DNA of 64,000 nt, taken from positions 457,850-521,849 of the forward strand of contig NMRA01000110.1 of the NCBI GenBank assembly GCA_002633005.1. The letters run 5' to 3'. Made by a program: the position numbers and the translations under genes. Shown piece after piece: positions 37,401-50,261 of this stretch. Origin of the DNA: Phoronis australis. Its lineage: Eukaryota; Animalia; Phoronida. Positions within the stretch are counted from its first letter, which is position 1. Every line of letters starts with the position of its first letter. Below the pieces are notes generated by a model. The model ran no database searches. It was not told the origin of the DNA and worked only from the letters and a program-made list of their open reading frames with translations.

Positions 37401-40400
37401 CGCTCAGCCTTACTGTTGCAGAGTGGAGCATTATTCACTCTTCTGTACTTCTCCTAACTTGGCTCAGAGGTCAGTTAAGGGCCTAACCTCTCAAAATCTA
37501 GTCATGCCACGCAATACGTTCTTCTGAATAGTTGAAGGTATATTTGACCACAGAACTTTAACCCTAGAATTCCAACTTCAATCTTGCGTTGCTATGGTTA
37601 CTTTTAGAATATGAATCCCTCACACTTGATATGGATAATTTAGTTAGGCATTCATCCAAAATTATACATCTTTATAAATTATAAATAATCGGACCTTTGT
37701 GCCATTTGATACAATTACATTATTCAGTAAAAAATCAGGATGCAGTGACGTTTGAAAGAAATATGATACTCTATAACTCCATCTGGTAAATATAGGTTTT
37801 CTGATAGATAAGAATGGGCAAACATCTATTGTGTAGAAATGTACTGTGGATAGCTGGTTGCAGTGTAGGACTTTCTACGATAGGAGTTATTAAGAAATAA
37901 ATTCATTTCTTCAGAAAGTAAAAATTAGTAATCCTAATACATGTAGTGCGTTTTAAAATACCTCAAACAGGAGACATAAGAACAGATTTTTACAATTGTA
38001 GTGGTAAATTTTGTTGTTTGTTTCATCTTCCTCTGCTACTATTATCATTGTTTACTTCAATCTTCAGTACACATGTACCACCTGGAGACGTGTGTGTTTT
38101 AGCTTGTAATAGTTAATATTAGTACATAAAGCTAATGATAACAATGTACACCAGAGCAGTTCAACTCTTACAAACCTTGCAAGACTAGACTGAAAATCGA
38201 TGCCCTCATGCAGAGAGTCTATGTGACAGGGAGCTGCCTGCAGGTTAGATAAAATGTGTTTGCACCTCTCAGAGCCACTTCTTAACTTAGCCATAGCTCT
38301 TGAGTTCTCTGATGCATCTAGCCGTGACTGCCTAAAACGTTAATGTCACAAATTAATCTCAATGCCACTATCAACAATACACAACATTGAGATACAATTT
38401 AAAGATGGCCAGAATATACATTGTAAGACAAAATCCCTGTCTTCTGAGAAACATTTAAAAAAAAAGAAAAAAGAATGATCACAATAAAACCTGACCACAT
38501 TCTTTAGTTCTTAAACTAAGACAAATCTCACTAAAATTGCCATTATTTTATGAATAGACATATCCTGAAATCACACAGAACCACTTTCATTCAAAGGTAT
38601 TTACCCAGAATGCAACACATTGCGTCTAGCACTTGCCCAGCTTCTTAACATGCAAATTTAGTAATCACAATCAACTGATATCCAAGCTATTCTGTTATTC
38701 ATCATTGCAATCCAAGCAGGTTGATATTCTTGCATTTTGAGTTGCAATACTGGAACTAGGAAATTGTCAAATTATAAGAGTAAATAAATGTTTCTCCCTC
38801 GGTAATCATATTGATGTCAGTCATGGAACAAATTTTTCTACCTCCACTAAACACGAGAATTCAACTGAGGGTGGCCTATTATCTTTGTTTTCATTTTCTG
38901 AAAAATTAATTTTTTAATAAAAAAACACAAACGTCCCAGTTTTCGACAAATGAGAACACTGCATAAATCATAGTAACTGAAAGTTTCACATAAATCCGAC
39001 TGCTCATATCTGAAAAACAATGTTCTGAAGAAAGACAAATTTTTTTCAAGCTTGACTCGCAATAACCTTTAGTTATCATGAAGTTCAGTAAAATCTTGTT
39101 GAAGATTCTAATAAATCATACAATGCATTTCAATCATTGAAAGTTTTAGAACAAGGCAGTTTTTACCTTTTAAATTCTGAGACAAAGTGTTTGACTACAG
39201 CTTCCGTAAATGTGGCACCACCTATGGGCTTCTGTACATCTGACAACATCCTGTAGAAGCCACCGATGACGGATATCACAGCCACTTCCATAGAACACCC
39301 GCCCACACGGTACACCATTACGTTGCTAGGAAACAGCGATGGACATATCACGACGTTTATAGAAAACTCACACACAGTAACATTAATGGTTGTATTAGTA
39401 CTGCCTATGGCCGACACAAATGCCTGTAATCCCTTACAATGCAGTTTAATTAACTGGCTCCATTACAGCATTAAAAGTCAGATCTATATTCACATATCAT
39501 TAAAACAAACTCAAATGGACAATCATATTTACTTATTAATAAACGACTCCACAAGATACAAAATGAAGGATTTCCAATGGGGACTGTTTCATATTTAGAG
39601 TAGCCTCCCACAGTAATATGACAAAATTCCCGTTTCCAGGGGCTCCACTATCAGTAAACTTTGTTTCCATTTGAGCGTTCCGGCATGCTCTACGATATTA
39701 CCCAAAATAAACGCAAGAAATAGAAATTCAGTTATGCAGCGAAGACTGACAACAATCATTTGTTCTTAATAGCATGTCATGACCAAACAGAGTGTGATAC
39801 CTAGCCTAGAGCACTTTGTTGTATGCTAACAGTCATACAGCTGTCAGAGTTTACCAAAATGTAGATAAGGCTAACAGACAGTGAAACAATACTTAAATTT
39901 TATTGGTTCACTTTAAGATGTGTTCAGTGTATCAGTGGGTGATACGGCAAATGATAAGTTCAATATAGCATCCAGTAATATGGTGTATATGTTTAACGTT
40001 ACTGGATAAAGCTTTGAGAACTTTGTTAAATTTGGTAAGTTGACGAATTGTCATTTTACGGTATTGCGTTGCACTGTTAGCGAAATTCATGGAAGCAAAA
40101 CTGGCAACAAGCACTTTTGTCAGATTACTTTTGAAGACTACTATCTCACACAACTTTGCAAGAAGACTTTCAGTAAGTTGTGCCCACTTCACAATTTTCG
40201 CAATTCAGTGCTTTTGCCAAATCTGAATTGCCCATAACGAGTAGAAATCACCTCAATAACAGTCAGGGCTTGGAATGACCAATGACAAAAAACGCGGAAA
40301 CTTTACGGCCCAAATCATGCCCGATAACCAGCCTTTGAAATGGTCAATGTGAACCTTTCCCCGACAAAAATCGGGACTAAAAAAAAAAAAAAAAAAAAAA

Positions 40401-43400
40401 AAAAANNNNNNNNNNNNNNNNNNNNNNNNNNNNNNNNNNNNNNNNNNNNNNNNNNNNNNNNNNNNNNNNNNNNNNNNNNNNNNNNNNNNNNNNNNNNNNN
40501 NNNNNNNNNNNNNNNNNNNNNNNNNNNNNNNNNNNNNNNNNNNNNNNNNNNNNNNNNNNNNNNNNNNNNNNNNNNNNNNNNNNNNNNNNNNNNNNNNNNN
40601 NNNNNNNNNNNNNNNNNNNNNNNNNNNNNNNNNNNNNNNNNNNNNNNNNNNNNNNNNNNNNNNNNNNNNNNNNNNNNNNAGGGCTGTTCCAGTAAAATCT
40701 GTATGGGAGGGGGGGAAGGCACCTTTTTTTCGCACCCACCACCCATATTTTTCATTTATTTCTTCAGCCTACCACCCGTAATTTTTTATAAGTTTGAAAT
40801 GCAACCACCCGTAATTTTTTTTTTGTTCTTGTGGTTGACTGCATAGGCGCTTGAGTTTATCTGTTCCTCCACCACCACTAACGTCATTCATTACTAAGAA
40901 AACATATGTTTCTTATATATGGTTTTTAGCCATCAAGAAATTCGAGCACCTGTGGTTAACTGGTGTTATGGGCATGCCGATGAGAAGTCGGAGGGAGTGA
41001 AAAGCTTTTTGCAAGTTGCATTTTTGTTTCAGTTTTTGATTCTGTGCGGATTGTTTATAAAATTTACTAAAATTACCCACCATCAAACATTTATGGCCCA
41101 ATGAAACAACAACGACCTGTAAATTTTAATTTTTTTTGAGTACGACCACCAGCCATTTTGAATTTAAATCAAACGCAACCACCCATAAATTTTTATTTTA
41201 GTTGCCTTCCCCCCCACACACATTTTGCTGGAACAGCCCTCATGTACCCTCCAATGACTTCTAATTCTATTGTAAAAATCGAAGTTACGTTTACCATAGC
41301 TGTTGAGAGTCCAGTTGTCCTATGTCATAAGCCAGGGCTGCAGCTGACGGTTCACTTATAATACGTAGTACATTGAAGCCAGCGGTCTCTGCAGCACTTC
41401 TATAATGACCAAATATGGCATTCATTAGTTTCAGATCCACTAGGCAAAGCACATAGTGTGACGCAGAACAACCCGTATATGTACACTACGTTCAAAAATA
41501 GGAAGACTAGCACCCAATCAGCACATCAAAACGAACTTGTGAGCAGAGAACAGATGCATGGTGAGAACTGGACATAAAAAAGTAAGAGAATAGCAGGTAG
41601 GTGAGAACTGGACATGAAGTGAAAGCAATCAATTAACAGCTATTTGTTAAGATATGTGTGACAGACCGTTATACAGGTGACAAGCTGACAGGAGGCCAGT
41701 TGAGCGAAATAAACATGACTGACTGACACCAGCTTTCAAATCTAAAACTGATTAAGCACAGCTACATGTACTAAAATTTGATCATACCTTCCTATCCATG
41801 ATAGGGACATGACCGCAAATCATCACGAAAACCCATCAAAGGATTTTGGCGATACAGCAGAGGATGTCAGGAGGACGGGTATGATAGCATAATGCAGCCA
41901 TATTTGCGTGTGTGTGTGTTCGTGCGTGCGTGCGTGTGCATGTGTCTGTGATACATAATGATGTAGAGTCCTTACCCTTATGACTACACCCCCCTTAGCA
42001 CTTGATGTTTCTACACGTGAAAGTTAAAGCAGAATAAAGTGTATACATACTTTAGAGCATTCCTCTGTTCTGTTGAAAAGTCAGTTGGTGCTGTCAGTAC
42101 AGCGTCATGTATTCCTTGTCCACCATGACTTTGAGCTGTCTCTGTAACACATTGTATATCAAGTCAAACATACAACAGTAACTTGTAACTTTGTAAGCAT
42201 TACAACATGTATGTTAAGCAGCAGATTAGTTAAACTGACCAAAAACTCAAATCAATCTATAACGTGACACCAAAATGCAAACTTCCGCTCACCGTTTTAC
42301 CACTGACCCTAGCAGAATACATGATAGTCATAAATTTCCTAGAACACTTGATAACTTTCCTTGCCAGTGACTGCAGCACACATACACCATACAATGGGCA
42401 GAGTGAACAACCAATCAAGTGATGTGCTCACAACATAGCACCAATGTGCAGCATGCTTTACCAGAGCACATAAGTTGGAATAACAGGCCAACTACAGCAG
42501 TCAGAGATATAACAGGCCAACTACGGTAGTTAGAGATATAACAGGCTGACTACAGCAGTCATAGATATAACATTCCAACCAAAACAGTCAGAGATAAATT
42601 ACAACAAAACTTCCAGCAATTTTAAGTGGACCAACCCATCATTTTGCTATAGATGGCTAATGTCTTGGCTCTATAGAATACACTCTAGGTGGACCTACCC
42701 ATCATTTTGCTACAGGTGGCCACGCCTTGGGCTTATAGAACACACTTCAGGTGGACCACCTAACCCTCATTTTGCAGTAAATGGCTGATGCCTTGGGTCT
42801 AAAGAACACACCTCCCCATCATTTTGCTTGGGTCTCTAGAACACACACCAGGTGGACCTACCCATCATTTTGCTGTAGATGGCTAATGTCTTGGGTCTCT
42901 AGAACACACACCAGGTGGACCTACCCATCATTTTGCTTTGTTCTATAGAACACACACCAGGTGGACCTACCCATCATTTTGCTTGGTTCTATAGAACACA
43001 CACCAGGTGGACCTACCCATCATTTTGCTTGGTTCTATAGAACACACACCAGGTGGACCTACCCATCATTTTGCTGTAGATGGCTGCCACAACATGCTCT
43101 ACAGACTGTACACTTGTCTTCTCCTTGAACTCCACTTCAAAGGCAGGCTGACCGCTCTGCTCCACAACCTGTAATCACAAGTTGACTGTAGTCATGGTAA
43201 CCACACTCACAACAGGCACTTGTTGCTTTCTTTATTCCCTTAAGAAAAAAACAGCTTGTATAATTTAAAGAGACCGAAAATCAGACTTCTGATCACTTCA
43301 AGGAATGTTTAAGTACCCATTTTTGAAACCCTAGTTCTCAGGCAAAAGACATGAACAGTAAATTCTAACACATTGTAACAATCAAAATTACTTTTTTGCA

Positions 43401-46400
43401 AAATTATGTTTTAGAAAAAACATGTTTATGTGATTACAAATGTGTGGTCAGAATTGTCATGCTCATAGTACATTTCTGTGATTTTCAAGAATTTTAAAAA
43501 TAGAGAATTTCACGGACTTACAATCTATAATTAGAAAGGAATTTAAGAAATTTGATATTTGGTAACAAACCATGTTGTCAGTTACCCTTATTTTCAAGAG
43601 ACGCTCGACACCTACCTTGACTTTATTACTCTCACAATACTGGTGTACCACAGGATCATTAAACGCACGACCGACAAGCTTCTTGGACTGACACACTGTG
43701 TTGGAAGCATTTCTTATAATGCCTTGTTTGGCTGATAGTCCCACAAGCTGGAAATTATGATAACAGGGTTAACAGAGAGCTTCATAAATATGGACATAAT
43801 TTTGTATAGCATCTCTATTGGCGTAAAGTGTCCCGATACTTGCATCATTACAGCGGCTGGTAAGACTTCATAACACAAGGCGTTTCCCAATAATATGCTT
43901 GAGAGGTTAGGGGAGTGTCACTCAGGGGGAACGTTTTACATTAAGTCTTGGATGGAAGTTAAAGGTGTAAGACTGCTATGAACTAAACTCACCCATTAAA
44001 CAGAGAGCATGCGGTTTGAGAGATCGCAATTAAAACGACGGCAGAAAACTTATACATGTAATTCAATGGGTACATGAATGCACAGCATGACTTTGTCAGC
44101 ATGTATGTTGGAAATGTCACATATATGTGTTAACAACTGTAATAGTGCAACTTAATTAAATGTCCGACTTATACTTGCTTCTGATTTGTGTGAGTTTCAC
44201 TACACATATACAGTGAAACAGGTTAATTGTTGTATTTCTACCAACAGGTATTCTAATGTTTTAGTTTTCTCTAAAACGTTGATTGGGTTTCCGATTTAGA
44301 AAGGTTATGGCAGAAACTGGTCACATTCAAAAGTGCTTCATGTATAGAAAATATCCGAGGTGGCAACACGGAACACAAAAATACAAATTCTAGAATATTT
44401 ACATGAATTTAAAAAGAACTGCATTTTCGATTCACAATGAATAATTTATGACCGACAAAACACACAATATGTAGACTCTCCAATACTGAAGTTACAAATT
44501 GCTATTTTTGTTTTCCCCTCACCCGTTCATGATCTGTGAAAGCCACGACGGCTGGAGTTGTCCGATCACCAGTGTCATTTGCCACAACACTGGTGTTACC
44601 GTCCTGTAAAAGTGAGAATGTTCATTGTCAACATAACAATTCTTACTTTCTGTCATTTCCACATCCTGCTCAAAATGACACAAACAATGACAAACAGTAG
44701 AATTATAAGAATTGCAAACATTGGAATCAAGTTCATCTAACTTTAAATTAACACGCCACCTTGTGTCACAATTGTGCTAACTTCAAATTAACACGCCACC
44801 TTGTGTCAGACTGGGTGAACACTGCATGACCAACTGGCACTGCTTCACGAATTTCAGTTGTGTGCTTCTTTTAACTCATTTTTTTAGTACTTTTCACTAG
44901 ATATCATGTTACCACTTTCTCTTTCAGACTTCCATTAAGAATCTATTAAGAATACATTTCTTAGTATTATTGCATTTGTAACTTCTAGATAATGTTTAGA
45001 AAACCTGCATTTATTAAATGCTATCTTACAATCCCTTTAAATAAGGAATATGTCAGAAAAATTATCAGAATTAGTTTGATTTCGCTATAATGTTTTAGAA
45101 TTTAATGCCAGAAAACCAAATTTCAGAGAAAATTTTACTTTTGATTTGAAGTCGATGACATACTTTTGCTACAAAAAAAACAACAACAGAGAAATGGTAC
45201 AAGAAAATGACCCTTCACTAAATAAATAGATTTCATTTTTAAAACAACTATAACGGACAAGGTGAAAGTGACTTGACTCCCAGATTTTACATTGCTAAGC
45301 AATTACATTGCCCTGAATGACGCAGTGGCGTTAGTACACAGGGGCTGATCCATGATTTTGAGTGGCGGGGGGGNGGGGGGGAGGGGGGCAGGGCAGAATA
45401 TTCACCAGGATTTTACCCGTCAGACATTTGCACCCCCGAACAGCCAAGTGGAATCTGGGAGAATTTTAGAGGGGGCCCCCTTGGCTCCCCTCTAAATCTG
45501 CCACTGGTACATCCCCGCAAAAAGTTACTCATTTCCAAATACACCAAATAAAATCGAATGAAACATGCACATAGACACATGGAGTTACAATTAACACATA
45601 CCATCACTCTGGATACATTTTAGTCAACATAACTTGAACATATCCATGAAAACCTGCTGCAGTTTGCTCGAGTTTCTCTTGCCCAGTGCCATTTTAAGGA
45701 AGTTACTTGAAATCACACATGTTGACGAATAAAAAGGCCAAGGGACACAAATCTTACAAATTTCACCTGATATCTTCCCAAGCTATTTTGGAAGTGTCAT
45801 GCGCCAGTGTCACGCACTTCGCTCAGTCTCGTACTAGCCTTTGCCTAACTCATGAGACTCAGTTGAAAGACTTTGTGATTATTGTGCGCGGTGAAAAAGT
45901 TAACGGTGACCAAAAAGTGGAGTTGAAATTCGTCGCAAAAGTCACCGGTAATTGTTTACAATATGATGACATTGAATTACACATATGATTTTGGTATCGT
46001 TCGATTCCTTGTAAAGTCATCTTTCCAAATATTCACAGAAATTTTTCCTACCCCGTTCTCTTAGTATTTTATCATGAAATTTCTTCTCACACTATTTCCC
46101 GGTACTGGGTAGTCTACCGCCATGTTGAATGGAGGCTGTCCCCTGGCGGTAAAAAACTGGACTAATCTACCGACTTCTGCAGATCGTCGCTTTTCATAAG
46201 TTCAAACTGACCAAGACCCGTCTATCCCCTGCCCGAGTTACAGTCCCAAGGGATCGAATTCAATCCTATGGAGACCCTGGTACGCATCTGCTAGCCGACT
46301 CAATCCGCGAAAAAAGCGCAGGTTGTTTTTGAGGTCCAAATTGGTGAAAAGGGTATCACTTCAGACAATTTCGTGGAAAAATGGTCTAATGGTCACAATT

Positions 46401-47430
46401 ATAAAAACATTAGAAAAGTTGATATGCTGCTACTTGTTCCTCCATATTATGTCAGGAAAACTTTAGCGGGAATCTCGCATGGGCAAACACCATTCAGAAT
46501 CGATGATGCTGTTTCATTCATTAACAACAGGTGTCGCTGTAATCTTGAGTTGAGCTAACATGGCGGTGTCAACCGGGAAATATTGCGAACCGAAATTCGA
46601 CTATAAAATACGGAGAAAATGTGGAAGGGGATACAATCATATATTTTTGGAAAGATAAAGTTGCGAGGAATTGAATGATACCAAAATCAGTGTAGGTCAT
46701 TCATTAACAACAGGTGTCACTGTAATCTTGAGTTAAGCTAACATGGCAGTGTCAACCGGGAAATAGTGTGAACCGAAATTCGATTATAAAATACGGAGAA
46801 AACGCGGTAGGGGACATTCATATATTTTTGGAAAGATAACGTTGTGAGGAATCGAACGATACCAAAATCATGTGTGTAGGTCAATGTCGTCATATTGTAA
46901 ACAATTACCAAGTCACCTTAATTCTTGTAACTATGCTTCATCGAAGATATGTGTAGAAGTAGAAAGGATCACTGAAGAAAGTAAGTGCATTTTTAAGACT
47001 TTTTTAAATTAAGTCAAGTGATAGTTTTTAAGTGTGGAATGTATTTTTGACGAGGTGAAAACTCTTAATCGGTGAGCAGATTTCACTTACCGCCTGCTTA
47101 AAATAATCGCAAGAAATTAATATAGAAAGCGGTGGTAAATATTGTAGCCCCTACATGTTGCCTATAGTATGTAATTGCCTACTTTTTGTACCAAGTGCAA
47201 CTCCAAGTCTATTTGGAAATCAGGATAGACAGGATCCGATTTGGGGTCAAATTACGGCGATTACAGCGATCTTCCACGTAAAAATTGCGAAAGCCAGGTC
47301 AGACATCTAGACCCAGCGATTTTTATGTCGAACCTGTAACGAAAACATGCTTAAGCTTTATAATACAAACCCTGTGTACTGCTAAACAAGCAGACGTGCT
47401 TCCAAAATGCACACCAAAGGCGGCTGCCAT
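34436..47430 (-). CDS. HSPA14: Heat shock 70 kDa protein 14 (Hsp70L1, ribosome-associated complex subunit), about 501 aa, 13 exons
   Basis: Exons: 47371-47430 ([20 protein letters not shown]), 44523-44603 ([17 protein letters not shown]), 43616-43747, 43063-43168, 42051-42141, 41295-41399 ([23 protein letters not shown]), 39167-39325 (VYRVGG), 38176-38331, 37060-37162, 36441-36569 ([19 protein letters not shown]), 36041-36121, 35139-35362, 34436-34514. All GT-AG, phases consistent, 1506 nt. The short lidless C-terminus and the GVHFG/DRTTP variants fit HSPA14. Confidence 0.94.
36318..36451. repeat. About 56-bp tandem repeat (2 extra copies) duplicating an HSPA14 donor site
   Basis: TATAGTTACC(T/C)GT(A/T)TAGCAG at 36319, 36377 and 36432 (the last is the true exon boundary). 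Confidence 0.85.
40406..40679. other. Assembly gap (274 N) after a poly-A run, in an HSPA14 intron
   Basis: Run of N. Confidence 1.
40680..41240. mobile_element. MITE-like element, about 560 bp, with imperfect TIRs of about 40 bp
   Basis: AGGGCTGTTCCAGTAAAAT..GGGGGGAAGGCA at the left end and TGCCTTCCCCCC..ATTTTGCTGGAACAGCCCT at the right end. Confidence 0.8.
42626..43085. repeat. 46-63-bp tandem array (about 9 copies) containing an HSPA14 exon end and donor site
   Basis: GGTGGACCTACCCATCATTTTGC at 42688, 42851, 42914, 42960, 43006 and 43052 (true donor), plus degenerate copies. Confidence 0.93.
45339..45506. mobile_element. Small MITE-like element (168 bp) with 5-bp TSD
   Basis: Ends CAGGGGCTGATCC..AAATCTGCCACTG; GTACA on both flanks (45334-45338 and 45507-45511). 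Confidence 0.65.
46516..46884. repeat. About 183-bp tandem duplication within a probable transposon relic in HSPA14 intron 1
   Basis: CATTCATTAACAACAGGTGTC..GATACCAAAATCA..GTGTAGGTCA occurs twice (46516 and 46698). Confidence 0.9.
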
Positions 47431-48499
47431 ATTTAATCTCGTTTATTCTCAGTTGAGGTCAACTGAGGGTCAAAGCAGAAGAGCCAATCGTCGTTCGCCA
47501 AATGTATCATCGTTTACTTCCTGTACCGGTGTAACACGTTGATCAGTCAGAGGTAAAAGTTTGAAAGACAAGGTTGTACAGCGTGTTTATTAATTCAGGT
47601 AAACAGGTATATATCACATTTCCTGATATGAAGGATTTGGAGCATATTGAATATGATGACCGATTACATTATTTCTCAAATTGTATGTGATTTCATGTGC
47701 TGTCGGACGAGCCGAACGAAAATAAAAGTCATGATAAATGACATGTCTGATGTCACTGCGTGAACTATTGCACATCAGTTGGTTAGACAGTGATTACCGT
47801 CTCTACTGGCACCGTCAGTAGAATCGCTTGAGGTCCTATAGGCGCTTCATACGCCAGAGGCTTTTCGGCGAATAAACAGTGACCGTTTCTAGTTGAACTA
47901 CAGACGGTGATGCTTCTGTAGGCTAATAGTAATAGGCGCTTCATACGCCGAAAGCTTTTCGGCGAATTATGCCTCACACTGATTAAAAAATCAAAGTGAC
48001 AGTTCCGATGTTATAAGTACCTTTTGGCATAAATGGACACCTTAGGAGGCTGTTGATGTTTTTCGTTCACTTCCCAAAATCGGAAACCGGCTATTATTAA
48101 CCCTGCACGCGGCAGGTGGTAATGGTGGTATGAAATCGTATCCCCTGGCGTACGTTGTGTACAAATGAGCAGTTTCCGATTTGTTCTCCAATAGGAGCTG
48201 TCTATCAGCTGGTCAGTCAGTCAGTGGCAATGGACCTGATAGATGATGGAAGTTGACCTAACTGCCTGGCTCTGAAGTGAAAGATGAAATCTGAACAAGA
48301 AAGACCAATTGTGTGCTATTGGAACCTAATTTCCAAACTTCAAATTGAAATTATTTTTGATATTTTCTGTAATTTTAATATGAATTGAAAGTATACTAGT
48401 GTTGGAACTGAAATAGGTGATCCGCGGGAGATTATCGCGTTCTTTTTAGCATACACATTGTTTTTGAACAGTGTAATTTCTTACATTCCAGTTGTATTG

Positions 48500-48794
48500 C
48501 GATCTTTTGAAAAGTCACGTGACGTTGTCAATCTCGCCATTCCGTGACACTCTCATCGATCAGCTGACTACTCCGTGATTGGCTGCTGGCCTTTCGTACT
48601 GATTGTCAAATTTGACTGAGACTGTAGCCAATCACAGTGTAGACAGTTCGTAAATGACAGCGTCATGAACCGGGAAATTGACAACTTGGGGAGACTACTG
48701 ATAAATTGCAATATAGCTGGAAAGGAAGAAGTTGCTCTCCCCTGATTACATATGTAGTGTATGAGAGGTATGTGGTGAAAAGACCGAGGTAAGC
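48500..48794 (+). promoter_or_regulatory. Probable MANF promoter and non-coding first exon
   Basis: CpG-richer patch with GTCACGTGAC (48513), ATTGG (48578) and CCAAT (48628) boxes, and donor AG|GTAAGC at 48788/48789. The MANF ATG exon begins at an acceptor (50259), so an upstream exon is required. Confidence 0.5.
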
Positions 48795-49196
48795 TTCCGT
48801 GAGTCCACCAACCTAGCCTTGACAACTTGCCTATTTAAATAATTGGAGTGGTAAAAACGGGTCATAAAATCTGACATAAAATTAATGCCATTAAAAACTA
48901 TACAATTCTGTATTAAAAAAATGGGTTGCATTTACAAAACAGTTACTGTTAAATTTGTGGAGCGAAAATGTTAAAAATCTACAAGCACCGTTGAAAAATC
49001 CTCGTGTAATGTTGAAAAGTTCACGTGTACGAAGATTTGAACCATCATGTGAGCTAAGTGTCCAAACCAATGGACTGATGTAATTGCCTGCTGACAAATG
49101 GTTTGGAAAGTCTTTATCATTGGATTCTGTATTACATCTGGAAGTGACGTGATACAACACTCATTCTGTTTCCATGGAACAGCTTCACCTCTGGGC

Positions 49197-50022
49197 TACA
49201 CATAGTGTACCTAATTATCGGACGGAACCTAAATATCGGACATTTCATAGAATCTTACTTGAAGCATAATCTGAGAATTAAATGACACCAATTTTTGTTC
49301 CGTTGTAATGCATTCAATGTCCGACACCGTCTCGTTTTTTTACAGCGTTGCCTCGTTTTGATTTCACCGAGAGAAGGTGCAATTTAGACCCCCAAGTCGG
49401 CCTAAAATGGACGATCGCATAAATCGGTTATAAAAGTTGAAAATAAAATCTTTTTCTACAATGACACTATCTCATTGAACTGACAATATGTCACTGTTCC
49501 ATTTTTTCGTTTGTTTTTAAACTCAAGTCAAACCCCGACCGCGCACGTGCGGGTGTCATATCAAGAAGCCTAAGTGATACTAAAAACTGCAGTGAGTTTG
49601 CACGTGCTTTAGTCGTCTGCACTAATTCATCGAAACGACTTGGCGCCGTCATCAGATTTCATTTTATGGATAATTTTGTTGCGAATGGACCTGGGTTCTA
49701 GCAGCATATATGTCAAAACACTCAAGCTGAAATTTGGCGACAAGGTGCCCGCGGCCATTACATGGTTAGTCAGTTTTCCGCGGTGTGGCGTATGGAGAAA
49801 CATGGTGTCCGATATTTAGGTTCTCCGAAGGTTTGGTTGTTGTGTTTTTTGAAGATCAGTCGGAACATAAATGTGGCTTTCAGTGACAAGATATAGTAAC
49901 GGAACAATTCCGTGAAGGTAAATCTTTATTTCAGCAAAGAATTTACAACAATCCGTAGTATTTTCAATTAAATATAATGCAAAATGTGCCAAAACGTCCG
50001 ATAATTAGGTCACTTGACTGTA
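49197..50022. mobile_element. Non-autonomous DNA transposon (Tc1/mariner-pogo-like), about 825 bp
   Basis: ACCTAATTATCGGACG (49209-49224) is inverted at 49995-50010. Subterminal AACCTAAATATCGGACA (49226-49242) is inverted at 49806-49822. The right end is ..ACTG|TA. Confidence 0.8.
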
Positions 50023-50261
50023 CAGAGCTTGGCAACAGTTTTCACATCCTAGAATTTGCCCTCAACAACGCTCTTTGTGTCTTGGAATTTGCTCAAAATC
50101 TAGTGCTGGTAGTGGCTCCAGTTGTTAAGTGGTCAAGTGAGTGTCTGAGCCTGAGTAGTGACTAAGTGCCTTGAGCTTATGTAGTGACTAAGTGAGTTTC
50201 TGGACTTGATGTTAGGAGGCAGTGTCACTCTGCTTATGTGGTTGTATTTATCATTTCAGCT

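Noticed and set aside
47484-47502. ERSE-like CCAAT-N9-CCAAA upstream of MANF
   Set aside because: The second half does not match CCACG. No exact ERSE or ERSE-II was found by eye.
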